A stretch of DNA of 64,000 nucleotides from an uncultured Hyphomicrobiales bacterium. Its GTDB lineage: Bacteria > Pseudomonadota > Alphaproteobacteria > Rhodospirillales > CAYFNC01. The notes beneath the pieces were generated by a model, which saw nothing but the letters and a program-made list of their open reading frames with translations, was not told where the DNA came from and did no database searches. Positions 40,719 to 50,900 of this stretch are shown one piece after another. The position numbers and the translations under genes are program-made. Numbering within the stretch: the stretch's first letter is position 1; every line of letters begins with the position of its first letter. Where the stretch lies: contig CAYFNC010000005.1 of assembly GCA_964344345.1 (NCBI GenBank), forward strand, positions 2,338 through 66,337. Reading direction: 5' to 3'.

Positions 40719-41678
40719 ATGAACGAAGAAAACACCACCCTGCAGCGCGCCATCCACGAACAGCGCAAAATGCTCACGTCCGTCCTGGGGAACGCCATGC
40801 GCAAGCTGGCGTGGAAATGCGCCGAGAACATGGGCGAGCGCGAGCCCATCGAGGCGCTGCTGACCGAGGCCTTGTCCGACATCGAATACTGCAAGCACCT
40901 CTACGTTCTGGACGCGAGCGGACATCAGTTCGTCGACAACATCACCCGCAACGGCCCCGACCCCGACCATTTCGGCCGCAACCGCATCACCCGACCCTAC
41001 ATGCAGGGCATCGTCGGCATCACGGATTTCAAGCTGTCGGAGTCCTACATCAGCAAGAACCGCAAGCGGCCCATGCTGACCGCCGTTCAGGTGATCCGGG
41101 ACCGGGACGGCGAGCACGTCGGGTTTTTGGGCGCCGACTACGACCTGCGCGAGCTGCCCGCGACCGAGGGCGTCTACGAGGAAACCCACGAATGGCGCCA
41201 GATCAAGGGCGATCCCGCCATCCGCGGCCAGCTTTTCGACCAGGAGCGGGTGGAAAGCGTCATGGACGTTCACATCGACGACATCATTCCCTTGATGTTC
41301 GAGATGATGACCGAGCACGGATGCTTCCACGGCGACCTGCATTTCGGCAGCTCGCGGGCGACTTTCTGGCTCGACGACGATCCTTTCGTCTACCGCATCC
41401 TCAGCCTGGACGAGCTGATCGACCCCAACTTCCTGCTCGCCTACCCCCGTCGTCCCTACACCGAGCGCGCCATCGTGCCCAACGAGAAAATCCTGCCCGT
41501 ATTCGAGATGTTCAAGGAGTTGCGCTTCGGCGACGACAACATCTATCTCCGCGCCGGATCGTTGAATGTTTGCAACGGGATCGTGTCGCTGAACTTCTCG
41601 TGCGACGGCTCGCATTACCTGGATTACGAGGAGTTCCTTGGCCACGGCCTGGATTTCTGGTTCGGGAATCTGGGGTAG
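40719..41678 (+). CDS. Cytoplasmic PDC/Cache-like domain protein with uncharacterised C-terminal domain
   Basis: ATG 40719 (the track ORF start overlaps glgC). HLYVLDASGHQFVDNI...RPYMQGI...LSESYISKNRKRPMLTAVQVIRDRDGEHVGFLGADYDL follows the Cache/PDC sensor pattern. No TM segment or signal peptide. Confidence 0.5.
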   Translation: MNEENTTLQRAIHEQRKMLTSVLGNAMRKLAWKCAENMGEREPIEALLTEALSDIEYCKHLYVLDASGHQFVDNITRNGPDPDHFGRNRITRPYMQGIVGITDFKLSESYISKNRKRPMLTAVQVIRDRDGEHVGFLGADYDLRELPATEGVYEETHEWRQIKGDPAIRGQLFDQERVESVMDVHIDDIIPLMFEMMTEHGCFHGDLHFGSSRATFWLDDDPFVYRILSLDELIDPNFLLAYPRRPYTERAIVPNEKILPVFEMFKELRFGDDNIYLRAGSLNVCNGIVSLNFSCDGSHYLDYEEFLGHGLDFWFGNLG

Positions 41679-41696
41679 GGCCTCTCTGTTGCATTA

Positions 41697-41712
41697 ACGA
41701 CACATGTGTCGT
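41697..41712. promoter_or_regulatory. Perfect 16-bp palindrome ACGACACATGTGTCGT (candidate operator)
   Basis: Read directly. It lies in an AT-richer intergenic region ~115 nt upstream of the OMP gene start. Confidence 0.35.
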
Positions 41713-41825
41713 GAAACACGCGCCGAAAGCGACGAACCCTATTGCGTCTCGTGGGATTTTAAAAAATTATGTGTGTCTTCGTTTTGTAATCTTTGAATGC
41801 AATAGGCTTTTGAGGAGCGGGACTG

Positions 41826-42476
41826 ATGATCTCTCTTATTCGATCCGCCAAGGGCGCCCTGATCGCCGCTTTGGCTCTTGGCGTTCCGGGCTTGGCCAGC
41901 GCCAACTATTGGAACAGCGACGACGGCGACACCGGCGCCTACCTGGAGGCCGGTTACGAATACTCCATCCTGGACGACGTTGACCGCAAGCTTGGCGGTT
42001 CGTCGACCGGTAGCATCAGCCTCGAGGACGCCCATGGCGCCAGGCTCCAGGCCGGCTACGATTGGGGCAAGGTCCGTCTCGACTTCCGGCTTTCCGCCGC
42101 CTTTGGCGACGACACCGACAGCTCGGTCAAGAACGGTTACGGAACCACGACCCTGAACCTGTATTGGGACATCTACCGGTACGGTTTTTATAAAAATAAC
42201 ATCGTCGACTTGGCCGTGACTCCGTTTGTCGGCGTCGGCGCGGGCGGCGCGTACGTCTTCATGCAGGAAGACGACTCCGGCACCTCCACCGACGGCAGGG
42301 GCGGTTTCGAGTTCATGGGCGGTCCGGGCGGACAGGTCGCCGCCGGCGTGATGTTCAACATCACGGAAAGCCTTGGCCTGACGATGGAGTACGACTGGCA
42401 GTACTTCAACCTGCTCGGCGACGAGGGCAATCTTTCCAACCACATTCTGGAAGCGGGCCTTCGCTGGACCTTCTAG
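41826..42476 (+). CDS. Outer-membrane beta-barrel protein (OmpA-barrel/OmpW-like small porin family)
   Basis: Signal peptide MISLIRSAKGALIAALALGVPGLASA, alternating amphipathic beta-strands, and a C-terminal LRWTF (terminal Phe). Confidence 0.75.
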   Translation: MISLIRSAKGALIAALALGVPGLASANYWNSDDGDTGAYLEAGYEYSILDDVDRKLGGSSTGSISLEDAHGARLQAGYDWGKVRLDFRLSAAFGDDTDSSVKNGYGTTTLNLYWDIYRYGFYKNNIVDLAVTPFVGVGAGGAYVFMQEDDSGTSTDGRGGFEFMGGPGGQVAAGVMFNITESLGLTMEYDWQYFNLLGDEGNLSNHILEAGLRWTF

Positions 42477-42505
42477 TCCAGAGCTTCGGATTTCATGTCT
42501 TGAGA

Positions 42506-42537
42506 GGGCGCCGTCTCGACGGCGCCCTTTCCTTTTG
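42506..42537 (+). terminator. Rho-independent terminator after the OMP gene
   Basis: gggcgccgtc/gacggcgccc hairpin followed by TTTCCTTTTG. Confidence 0.6.
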
Positions 42538-42652
42538 CGCCTTCCCGTTCCGGCACTGAGACCTTCACCAATAATCAAAATCGCGATATCATCTCCCGGG
42601 GACACAAAACAAAGCATTGCAGCCTCGCGGGCGTCAGCGAAGGGGAGTGGAA

Positions 42653-43519
42653 ATGCGCGTTCTTTTCATTGGAGTGGCGGCGGCGCTCGCCTTCGCCGGG
42701 GCGACGGCCGAGGCCGACCAGACCATCACCGCGGCCAAGGCCTACAAGGCCCCGGTCATCGACGGCGACGGGTCCGACGAGGCCTGGGCGCGGGCCAAGG
42801 CCTTCACGGTCCAGGACGCGGTGGCGGACATTCCCTTGACGTTGAAGGCGGTCCATGTGGACGGCAGCGTCTATGTCCTGACGTCGTTCGCCGACAAGAC
42901 CGAAAGCCGCGACCACAAGACCATGGTCTGGGACAAGACCAAGAACGCCTACGTCACCGGCCCGGCGCGCGAGGACTCCTTCGTCCTGAAATGGAACATG
43001 GAGCCCCACCAGGTCGACCTCACGCTCAGTTCCGACGCGCCCTACAAGGCCGACATCTGGTACTGGAAGTCGCACCGCACCGACCACGCCGGGTACGCCG
43101 ACGACAAGCATCAGGTCTACAACCAGTTCTCGGTTCCCAAGGCCAAGAAGACGTTGTCCAAGAAGGGGCGGGTGTTCTACCTGCTGCGCGCGGGCGACGA
43201 CGGGAAATCCGCCTACGGCGCCGCGTTGATCGGCGGCTTCCAGGGCGACAAGATCGGCAAGTTCAAGCTGCGCGCGCCCACGGGCAGCCGCGCCGACGTG
43301 CGGGCCAAGGGCGCGTGGAAGGACGGCGTCTGGACCGTCGAGTTCGGCCGCAAGCTGGACACCGGGCATGCGGACGACATCCAGTTCGTTCCCGGGAAAT
43401 CCTACCAGTTCGGGGTTTCGCGCTATGAAATCGCCGGGCGCAAAAGGGACGACAGCATCGACGAACCCCTGTTCGGAAGCGGAGAAATCGGGGAAACCCT
43501 GTTCCTGGAGTTCGAATGA
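42653..43519 (+). CDS. Periplasmic DOMON/EB_dh-like (putative haem-binding) protein
   Basis: SD AAGGGGAG. Signal peptide MRVLFIGVAAALAFAGATAEA. AYKAPVIDGDGSDEAWARAKAF and DIWYWKSHRTDHAGYADD resemble the ethylbenzene-dehydrogenase gamma/DOMON family. Its stop overlaps the kinase start (ATGA). Confidence 0.5.
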   Translation: MRVLFIGVAAALAFAGATAEADQTITAAKAYKAPVIDGDGSDEAWARAKAFTVQDAVADIPLTLKAVHVDGSVYVLTSFADKTESRDHKTMVWDKTKNAYVTGPAREDSFVLKWNMEPHQVDLTLSSDAPYKADIWYWKSHRTDHAGYADDKHQVYNQFSVPKAKKTLSKKGRVFYLLRAGDDGKSAYGAALIGGFQGDKIGKFKLRAPTGSRADVRAKGAWKDGVWTVEFGRKLDTGHADDIQFVPGKSYQFGVSRYEIAGRKRDDSIDEPLFGSGEIGETLFLEFE

Positions 43520-46500
43520 ACCCTTTCGGCGCCATTCGCTATCACGTCGCCGAGAAACTGGGCATCGCCCTGTTCCTCGGCGTGTTCGCGGCGCTCGCCG
43601 TTTCGGCCTACCACTACACCCGCTTTTCCGCCGACGCCATCCGGACCGTGATCCAGGTTCATGCGCCCGCGCACGAAAAGATGTTCGTCATCGATAATCT
43701 TATCAGTTCCGCGCATGGCGCGTTCCACGACTTCAAAAGCTCCGAGGCGGTCACCGAAAAGGACATCCTGGCCATCATCGCCTCCATCAAGACCCTGTCG
43801 GCCCAGATCGACCGCGACATGGCGAACGCCGATCCTTACGCCGAGGACAGCCCGACCCCGGAGCTTTCCATCGCCCTGGACGGCTTTTTCCGGGAACTGG
43901 TCAACGACGCCAAGGAGGACCCGGCCGACGACACCGGCATCATGCTGATCGACGAAATCCGGTCGGCCTCGTCGAGAATCAGAACCGAATACTTCGCGCT
44001 GCACAACAAGCCGGACACGCCGGAATCCGTGAAAACGACGATCGCGCGGATTTCCGGCTCCATCTCCATGTTCGATTTGCTGTTCGAGAACTATGTCGGC
44101 CTTCGGCATTTCGACATCGATATCGTCCTGGATTCCCTCGATCGCGCGATCGCCATGTTGCGCGACTTGGACGAGGAATTCGCGCGCGAGGAAATCAACG
44201 ACCCCGAATACGCCAGGGAATTCGACAATCTGATCCAGTCCCTGGCCCGGTTCAAGGCGGGGATCGTGTTGTTCAACACCGAGCTGGCCCAGGAAGGCTC
44301 GGTCACCGACACCCTGATCGAGATCGGCGACGCCACCCACGAGGAATGGGTCGCGTCGGTGGACGCCCTGCATCACGTCCATAACCACATCAACGCCTAT
44401 ATCGAGCGATGCAACGCCGAGGTGACCGAGACCAGCAGCACCCGCCAGAAACTGTTCCTGCTCCTGTTCATTATCGGCGCCATCGTCGCCGGATTCGGCT
44501 CCATGGTGTTGCGGCGCATGATCACGGCGCGCGTCGGCGCCATCACCGAGGGCGCCCACAAGATGGCCGATGGCGAGCTGGGATACCGCATCGCTCCCGG
44601 CCCCAGGGACGTTTTCGGCCAGCTTGCGGGCGACTTCAACGCCATGGCCGACTCGCTCGCCGAGAAGCACATGGAATCGAAGGCGCGCATGGACGAGCTC
44701 GACAAGGTCAACCGCGAGGTCGTCGAGGCCCGCGACAAGCTCGACGTCCGCGTGCGCGAACGCACGGACGAGCTGAACAAGGCCAAGGTGGAGGCGGAGG
44801 AAAGCGAAGAGAATCTGCTCGGCATGATCACCGAAAGCCCCATCGCCATCGTCATCGCCGACCACGAGGGCCGCAACATTTTCTGGAACAAGAAGTTCGA
44901 GGAGTTCGGACACTGGGGCGAGGACGGCGAGGGCCACCGCGTGTTCGGCATGTCCTTCGAACGGGCCGAGGAAAAGGAGCTTCTGACCCACCTGATGGCC
45001 GAGGAAGCCGGCTTCGACGACGTGGAGTTCAAGCTGACCGCCGCCGACGGCTCCGACGTGTGGGCGCTGGTCAGCCTGCAGAAGATCTGGTTCGACCGCC
45101 AGCCCTGCTCCCTGATCTGGGTCTACGACATCACCGAGCGCATCCGCAACGAACGCGAACTGGCCGAGGCCCGCCGGGCGGCGGAAGAGGCGAGCACGGC
45201 GAAGTCGGATTTCCTTGCGAACATGAGCCACGAGATCCGCACGCCGATGAACGCGATCACGGGCATGAACCACCTGCTGAAAAAGACCAAGCTGGACCGC
45301 CAGCAGCGGGACTACGTGGAGAAGGCGGGCAACGCCACCCATTCGCTGTTGTCGATCATCAACAACATCCTGGATCTGTCCAAGATCGAGGCGGGCAAGG
45401 TCGAGATGGAGGCGATCGACTTCAAGCTGTCGGACGTCCTGCGCCGCCTGGCCGACGTCCTGGGGGGCGTGCTGAGCAAGAAGGACATCGAGTTCGCCAT
45501 CGTCTCGCCCCTGGACATCCCGGATAACCTTGTGGGCGACCCGACGCGCCTGGGCCAGATCCTGCTCAACTTCGCCAACAACGCGGTCAAGTTCACCGAG
45601 ACGGGCTCGGTGGTTGTGGCGGTGGAGGACGCGGGCCGTGGCGAGGACACGGTCTCCTTGCGCTTCGCCATCCGGGACACCGGCATCGGCATGACGGCGG
45701 AGCAACGGGACAAGCTGTTCCAGCCGTTCACCCAGGCGGACACGTCGACGACGCGGAAGTTCGGGGGCACGGGCCTGGGGCTGACCATCTCGAAGCAGTT
45801 CGTGGAGCTGATGGGGGGCCAAGTGACGGTCCTGAGCGAGCCCGGGGAGGGCTCGGAGTTCTCGTTCACGGTGGGCTTTCCGCTGTCGGCGGAGGTCGCG
45901 GAGGCGGCGGAGGGTCTGGAGGCGCTCCGGGGCAAGCGGGCGCTGGTGGTGGACGAATTCGAGACCGGTCGCGAGGCGCTGGTGGAGGCGCTTTCGGCCT
46001 GGGGGATGATGGCGGCGGCGGCGGAGACGCGGGACGACGCCGAGGCGGCGCTGGGCGCCATGCCGTTCGACGCGGTTCTGATGGACTGGCGGACGGCTGG
46101 GGGGAAAGTGTTCGACGGGGTCCCGGCCTTCGTTCTGGTGTCGCCGCACGCGCTGGAGGGCGACCGGGACGCCATCGACGCGCTGTCTCCGGCGGGTCTT
46201 CTGGTCAAGCCGGTGATCCCGGATGTTCTTCTGGGCTCCCTGCTGCACGGGCTGGAGCTTGTGGACGACCGCCGTGGCGACGGGCGCGACGAGGGCGACG
46301 CGGCGCGTCTGAAGGACTGGAAGGTCCTGGTGGTGGACGACAACGAGGTGAACCAGGAGATCGCGCGCGCGATCCTGGAGGCCGAGGGCGCCATGGTTGT
46401 GGTGGCCGAGAACGGGCAGGACGCGGTGGACGCGGTGGACATGCGGCCCGGGCTGTTCGACGTGGTTCTGATGGACATCCAGATGCCGGTGATGGATGGG

Positions 46501-46680
46501 CTCGAAGCGACGCGGCGCATCCGCGCCAACCCGGACCACGAAGGCCTACCGGTTCTGGCCATGTCGGCCAACGCCATGGACCACCAGCGCCAGGAAAGCC
46601 TGGACGCGGGCATGAACGACCACATCGCCAAACCCATCGACGTCGACCAGGCGGTCGAGACCATGCGGAAATGGGTGTGA
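43516..46680 (+). CDS. Hybrid sensor histidine kinase/response regulator 1 (2 TM, HAMP, PAS, HisKA, HATPase, pseudo-REC, REC)
   Basis: H-box SHEIRTPMNAITG. G1 DTGIGM. G2 GGTGLGLTISKQFVELMGG. REC VLVVDDNEVNQE...LMDIQMPVMDG...AKP. 1054 aa. Confidence 0.9.
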   Translation: MNPFGAIRYHVAEKLGIALFLGVFAALAVSAYHYTRFSADAIRTVIQVHAPAHEKMFVIDNLISSAHGAFHDFKSSEAVTEKDILAIIASIKTLSAQIDRDMANADPYAEDSPTPELSIALDGFFRELVNDAKEDPADDTGIMLIDEIRSASSRIRTEYFALHNKPDTPESVKTTIARISGSISMFDLLFENYVGLRHFDIDIVLDSLDRAIAMLRDLDEEFAREEINDPEYAREFDNLIQSLARFKAGIVLFNTELAQEGSVTDTLIEIGDATHEEWVASVDALHHVHNHINAYIERCNAEVTETSSTRQKLFLLLFIIGAIVAGFGSMVLRRMITARVGAITEGAHKMADGELGYRIAPGPRDVFGQLAGDFNAMADSLAEKHMESKARMDELDKVNREVVEARDKLDVRVRERTDELNKAKVEAEESEENLLGMITESPIAIVIADHEGRNIFWNKKFEEFGHWGEDGEGHRVFGMSFERAEEKELLTHLMAEEAGFDDVEFKLTAADGSDVWALVSLQKIWFDRQPCSLIWVYDITERIRNERELAEARRAAEEASTAKSDFLANMSHEIRTPMNAITGMNHLLKKTKLDRQQRDYVEKAGNATHSLLSIINNILDLSKIEAGKVEMEAIDFKLSDVLRRLADVLGGVLSKKDIEFAIVSPLDIPDNLVGDPTRLGQILLNFANNAVKFTETGSVVVAVEDAGRGEDTVSLRFAIRDTGIGMTAEQRDKLFQPFTQADTSTTRKFGGTGLGLTISKQFVELMGGQVTVLSEPGEGSEFSFTVGFPLSAEVAEAAEGLEALRGKRALVVDEFETGREALVEALSAWGMMAAAAETRDDAEAALGAMPFDAVLMDWRTAGGKVFDGVPAFVLVSPHALEGDRDAIDALSPAGLLVKPVIPDVLLGSLLHGLELVDDRRGDGRDEGDAARLKDWKVLVVDDNEVNQEIARAILEAEGAMVVVAENGQDAVDAVDMRPGLFDVVLMDIQMPVMDGLEATRRIRANPDHEGLPVLAMSANAMDHQRQESLDAGMNDHIAKPIDVDQAVETMRKWV

Positions 46681-46681
46681 G
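45220..46681 (+). repeat. 1,462-bp perfect direct repeat, copy A (3' cassette of kinase 1)
   Basis: Compared line by line with 49602-51063 (offset 4382). No mismatch seen. Identity ends one base after the TGA. Confidence 0.95.
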
Positions 46682-46755
46682 ACTGGAGCGGGAAACGCTC
46701 CGCTGATTTCAAAGTTCTTGATGACCAAGAACGAAATTAAGGAAGGGAATAGGAT

Positions 46756-47877
46756 ATGCGGGTAACTATTCTGCGCGTTTTCGCGGCTTTGGCGCTCGTT
46801 TGCTTCTGGGCCGGGGAATTGGCGGCGGCCGACGCCAAGAGCCGTTTGCTGGTCGTCAGCAGCTATCATCGCGAATACCTGTGGTCCCAGGACACGAACC
46901 GGGGCGTGACCGCCGCGTTGATCGAGTTCGGCTATCTGGACGATCAAGGGCAGGCCGACGCCTTCACCCGGGACGACATGGTCGAGAGCTCCCGCGCCGT
47001 CGCGCGCAAGATGTGGATGGACACCAAACGCAAAACCACGAAGGCCGACATCAACGCGGCGGTCGGGCGAGTCTTGCAGGCGGCGGAGGAGTTCAAGCCC
47101 GACGTCATCCTTCTCGGCGACGACAACGCGGCCAACTACGTGGGCAACCAGTTCATCGACACCGAAACCCCGGTGGTGTTCTGGGGCGTCAACGGGGTTC
47201 CGTTGAAATACGGCCTGCTGGATTCCCTGGAAAAACCGGGACACAACGTCACGGGCGTCTATCAGGCGGGCTATCTGATGGAGGGCGTGCAGTTCCTGAA
47301 AAAGCTGCTGCCGGACGTCAAGACCATGGGCGTGCTCTCCGACGACTCGCCCACCGGCCGGTCCAAGGCCAAGGAGCTGACGCTGATGATGGAGAAGGGC
47401 GCCCTGCCCATCGCGGTCACGGAGGTGGTCATCACCGGCTCGGAAGCCGAATGGAAAGCGAAGGCGCTGGAGCTGGACAAGAAGGTCGACGCCTTCTTCA
47501 TCGTCAACCACAACACGTTGAAGGACGCCGCTGGGAAGGCCGTCGACCCCATGCGGGTCGGCTCGTGGTTCCTGAACACCATCCGCAAGCCCTCCGTCGC
47601 TCACGAGCGGCAATTCGTGACCGAGGGCTTCCTCTGCGCCGTGGACGATTCCGGCTTCAAGCAAGGATTCGAGGCGGTCCGCATCGCCGACCGCATCCTC
47701 GCCAAGGGCGAGAAGCCCGAGGCGATTTCCGTCTACGCGCCCAGCCGGGGCAAGTTCCTGGTCAACCGGGTCCGGGCGGAGATGCTGGGCCTGGACGCGA
47801 TCGCGAAGGGCCATGAACTGGTCGAGGAGTATGTCGAGAAGTCCGTCGCGCTGGAGAAATACCCGCGGGCGCAATAA
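46756..47877 (+). CDS. Periplasmic ABC-type substrate-binding-like protein (no cognate permease/ATPase nearby)
   Basis: Signal peptide MRVTILRVFAALALVCFWAGELAAA. LLVVSSYHREYLWSQDTNRGV and the periplasmic-binding-fold pattern of the ABC_sub_bind type often found next to sensor kinases. Confidence 0.6.
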   Translation: MRVTILRVFAALALVCFWAGELAAADAKSRLLVVSSYHREYLWSQDTNRGVTAALIEFGYLDDQGQADAFTRDDMVESSRAVARKMWMDTKRKTTKADINAAVGRVLQAAEEFKPDVILLGDDNAANYVGNQFIDTETPVVFWGVNGVPLKYGLLDSLEKPGHNVTGVYQAGYLMEGVQFLKKLLPDVKTMGVLSDDSPTGRSKAKELTLMMEKGALPIAVTEVVITGSEAEWKAKALELDKKVDAFFIVNHNTLKDAAGKAVDPMRVGSWFLNTIRKPSVAHERQFVTEGFLCAVDDSGFKQGFEAVRIADRILAKGEKPEAISVYAPSRGKFLVNRVRAEMLGLDAIAKGHELVEEYVEKSVALEKYPRAQ

Positions 47878-47915
47878 GCCTCGGGCCAATGTGACAACGA
47901 CTTCGAGGGAAATCC

Positions 47916-50900
47916 GTGCGCGAGGCGCTAGAACATAACGCGGACGCGAACGACGTCAGAAAACCGACGCTGTTCGTCCGTTTGCTGCGCTGGTTCGCGC
48001 TGACCGGCGTCGGGGTCGCGTTGATCTCGGGCCTCGCGCATCATCTTTATCTGAACCAAGTCATCTTCAACGCCACCCAGGAACGGCTCGCGGGCACGCT
48101 GAAATCCATGCGGCTCTTTTTCGAAGAGAGCTATTCCAAACACGTGTCCGGCGACCTATCCATGATGGCCCGCGCGCCCAGCATCGGGCGGCTGATCGTT
48201 TCCGGCAGCGAGGAAAGGTTCATCGCGCGGGGCGATGTGGAGCGGTTCTTCATCAACATCACCGGAAACCACAAAGACGAATTTTATTTGAAAATCGGCT
48301 TCCATGGCCGAAAGGGCGACCTGTTGGCGGCGGTCAAGGGCCGCAAACGGACCCGCCGCAAGGGAAATATCCTGACCCTTTCCGACGCAACCAGCCTCCA
48401 ACGGGAAAGCGCGAAACTGTTCCAGGACCTCAAGAAGGCGGCGCCCGGCGCCCCCGTCATTTGCTCCATCGTCCGAAACGCGTCGGGCGGCGACGTGCTT
48501 CTGGCCGGCATCGGGGTCGCCGATCCCGACGTCGGCGGCTTCGGCGGCGCGATCATCGTCGAGGTCGCGCTCGCTCTCTATCTAGATTATCTCGCCAACA
48601 CGGTTCCGGCCGAGGAAAGAACCTGGGGCCGGGGGTTCGGGGACGGCGACCTTCATGGGTTGTCCGTCAAGCTTTCGACGGGAGACGGAAAGGCCGAGAT
48701 GTTGCGCGCCGGCGACGTCGGCGATCACGCCGATTTGCCGTTCTGGTTCGAACCCATGCTCCCGACCCAGGACTTGCTCGCCATCGACGGGCCGATCGGC
48801 GCGGGAATGAACGGCGCGCCCTTGATGCAGGTTGCGTTGGCCATGCCGCGCGCCGATTACGCCGTCGTCATCCAGGGCTCGGTCATGCGGTCTTTTATGT
48901 TGGCCGGGGTGATCGCGATGATCTCCGTGATCATTTCGCTGTTCGCGTCCCGCGCCATCGCGCGCCCGGTCGCGGAAATCAGCCGGGCGAGCCGGGACGT
49001 CGCCCAGGGAAACCTCGACGCCCGCGCCGTCACGAAAGCCTCGGGCGAGTTGGGCCTTCTCGCCGAGAATTTCAACCGCATGGTCGGGGAGCTGCAATCC
49101 CAAACCGAGGAGTTGCAGGCCCAAACCGAAAGCCTGTCCGACGCCATGTGGAAAAGCCAACAGGCCAAGGAAACGGCGGAGGAAAGCGAAAAGAACCTTC
49201 TGGAGCTGATCACGGAAAGCCCGATCGCCATCGCCATCGCGGACTACAGCGGGCGTAACATCTTCTGGAACAAGGAGTTCGAAAAGCTCGGCCATTGGGT
49301 CAGGACGGACGACGGGCATCGGGACTTCCGGCTTTCGTTCGAGCGCGCCGAGGAAGAGGAGCTTCTGGGCCATCTGATGGAGGGCGAGGGCGGCTTCATC
49401 AATGTGGAGTTCAAGCTGACCGCCGCCGACGACTCCGACGCCTGGGCGCTGATCAGCCTGCAGAAAATCTTTTTCGACCGCCAGCCCTGCTCCCTGATCT
49501 GGGTCTACGACGCGACCGAGCGCGTGCTGCAGGAGCGCGCGCTCGCCGAGGCGCGCCGGGCGGCGGAAGAGGCGAGCACGGCGAAGTCGGATTTCCTCGC
49601 CAACATGAGCCACGAGATCCGCACGCCGATGAACGCGATCACGGGCATGAACCACCTGCTGAAAAAGACCAAGCTGGACCGCCAGCAGCGGGACTACGTG
49701 GAGAAGGCGGGCAACGCCACCCATTCGCTGTTGTCGATCATCAACAACATCCTGGATCTGTCCAAGATCGAGGCGGGCAAGGTCGAGATGGAGGCGATCG
49801 ACTTCAAGCTGTCGGACGTCCTGCGCCGCCTGGCCGACGTCCTGGGGGGCGTGCTGAGCAAGAAGGACATCGAGTTCGCCATCGTCTCGCCCCTGGACAT
49901 CCCGGATAACCTTGTGGGCGACCCGACGCGCCTGGGCCAGATCCTGCTCAACTTCGCCAACAACGCGGTCAAGTTCACCGAGACGGGCTCGGTGGTTGTG
50001 GCGGTGGAGGACGCGGGCCGTGGCGAGGACACGGTCTCCTTGCGCTTCGCCATCCGGGACACCGGCATCGGCATGACGGCGGAGCAACGGGACAAGCTGT
50101 TCCAGCCGTTCACCCAGGCGGACACGTCGACGACGCGGAAGTTCGGGGGCACGGGCCTGGGGCTGACCATCTCGAAGCAGTTCGTGGAGCTGATGGGGGG
50201 CCAAGTGACGGTCCTGAGCGAGCCCGGGGAGGGCTCGGAGTTCTCGTTCACGGTGGGCTTTCCGCTGTCGGCGGAGGTCGCGGAGGCGGCGGAGGGTCTG
50301 GAGGCGCTCCGGGGCAAGCGGGCGCTGGTGGTGGACGAATTCGAGACCGGTCGCGAGGCGCTGGTGGAGGCGCTTTCGGCCTGGGGGATGATGGCGGCGG
50401 CGGCGGAGACGCGGGACGACGCCGAGGCGGCGCTGGGCGCCATGCCGTTCGACGCGGTTCTGATGGACTGGCGGACGGCTGGGGGGAAAGTGTTCGACGG
50501 GGTCCCGGCCTTCGTTCTGGTGTCGCCGCACGCGCTGGAGGGCGACCGGGACGCCATCGACGCGCTGTCTCCGGCGGGTCTTCTGGTCAAGCCGGTGATC
50601 CCGGATGTTCTTCTGGGCTCCCTGCTGCACGGGCTGGAGCTTGTGGACGACCGCCGTGGCGACGGGCGCGACGAGGGCGACGCGGCGCGTCTGAAGGACT
50701 GGAAGGTCCTGGTGGTGGACGACAACGAGGTGAACCAGGAGATCGCGCGCGCGATCCTGGAGGCCGAGGGCGCCATGGTTGTGGTGGCCGAGAACGGGCA
50801 GGACGCGGTGGACGCGGTGGACATGCGGCCCGGGCTGTTCGACGTGGTTCTGATGGACATCCAGATGCCGGTGATGGATGGGCTCGAAGCGACGCGGCGC

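Noticed and set aside
43423-46539. 1038-aa ORF antisense to hybrid kinase 1, plus the analogous 48582-50921 and 49694-51046 ORFs opposite kinase 2
   Set aside because: They are antisense to genes with complete kinase motif sets, and their composition is low-complexity. Their apparent duplication merely mirrors the 1.46-kb repeat.
45220-46681. Interpretation of the 1.46-kb repeat as an IS element or transposon
   Set aside because: There is no transposase, no terminal inverted repeats and no target duplication. Both copies are in-frame 3' parts of kinase genes.
46685-46701. Hairpin ggagcg-ggaaa-cgctcc after kinase 1, as a terminator
   Set aside because: The stem is only 6 bp and there is no adjoining U-tract, so support is insufficient.
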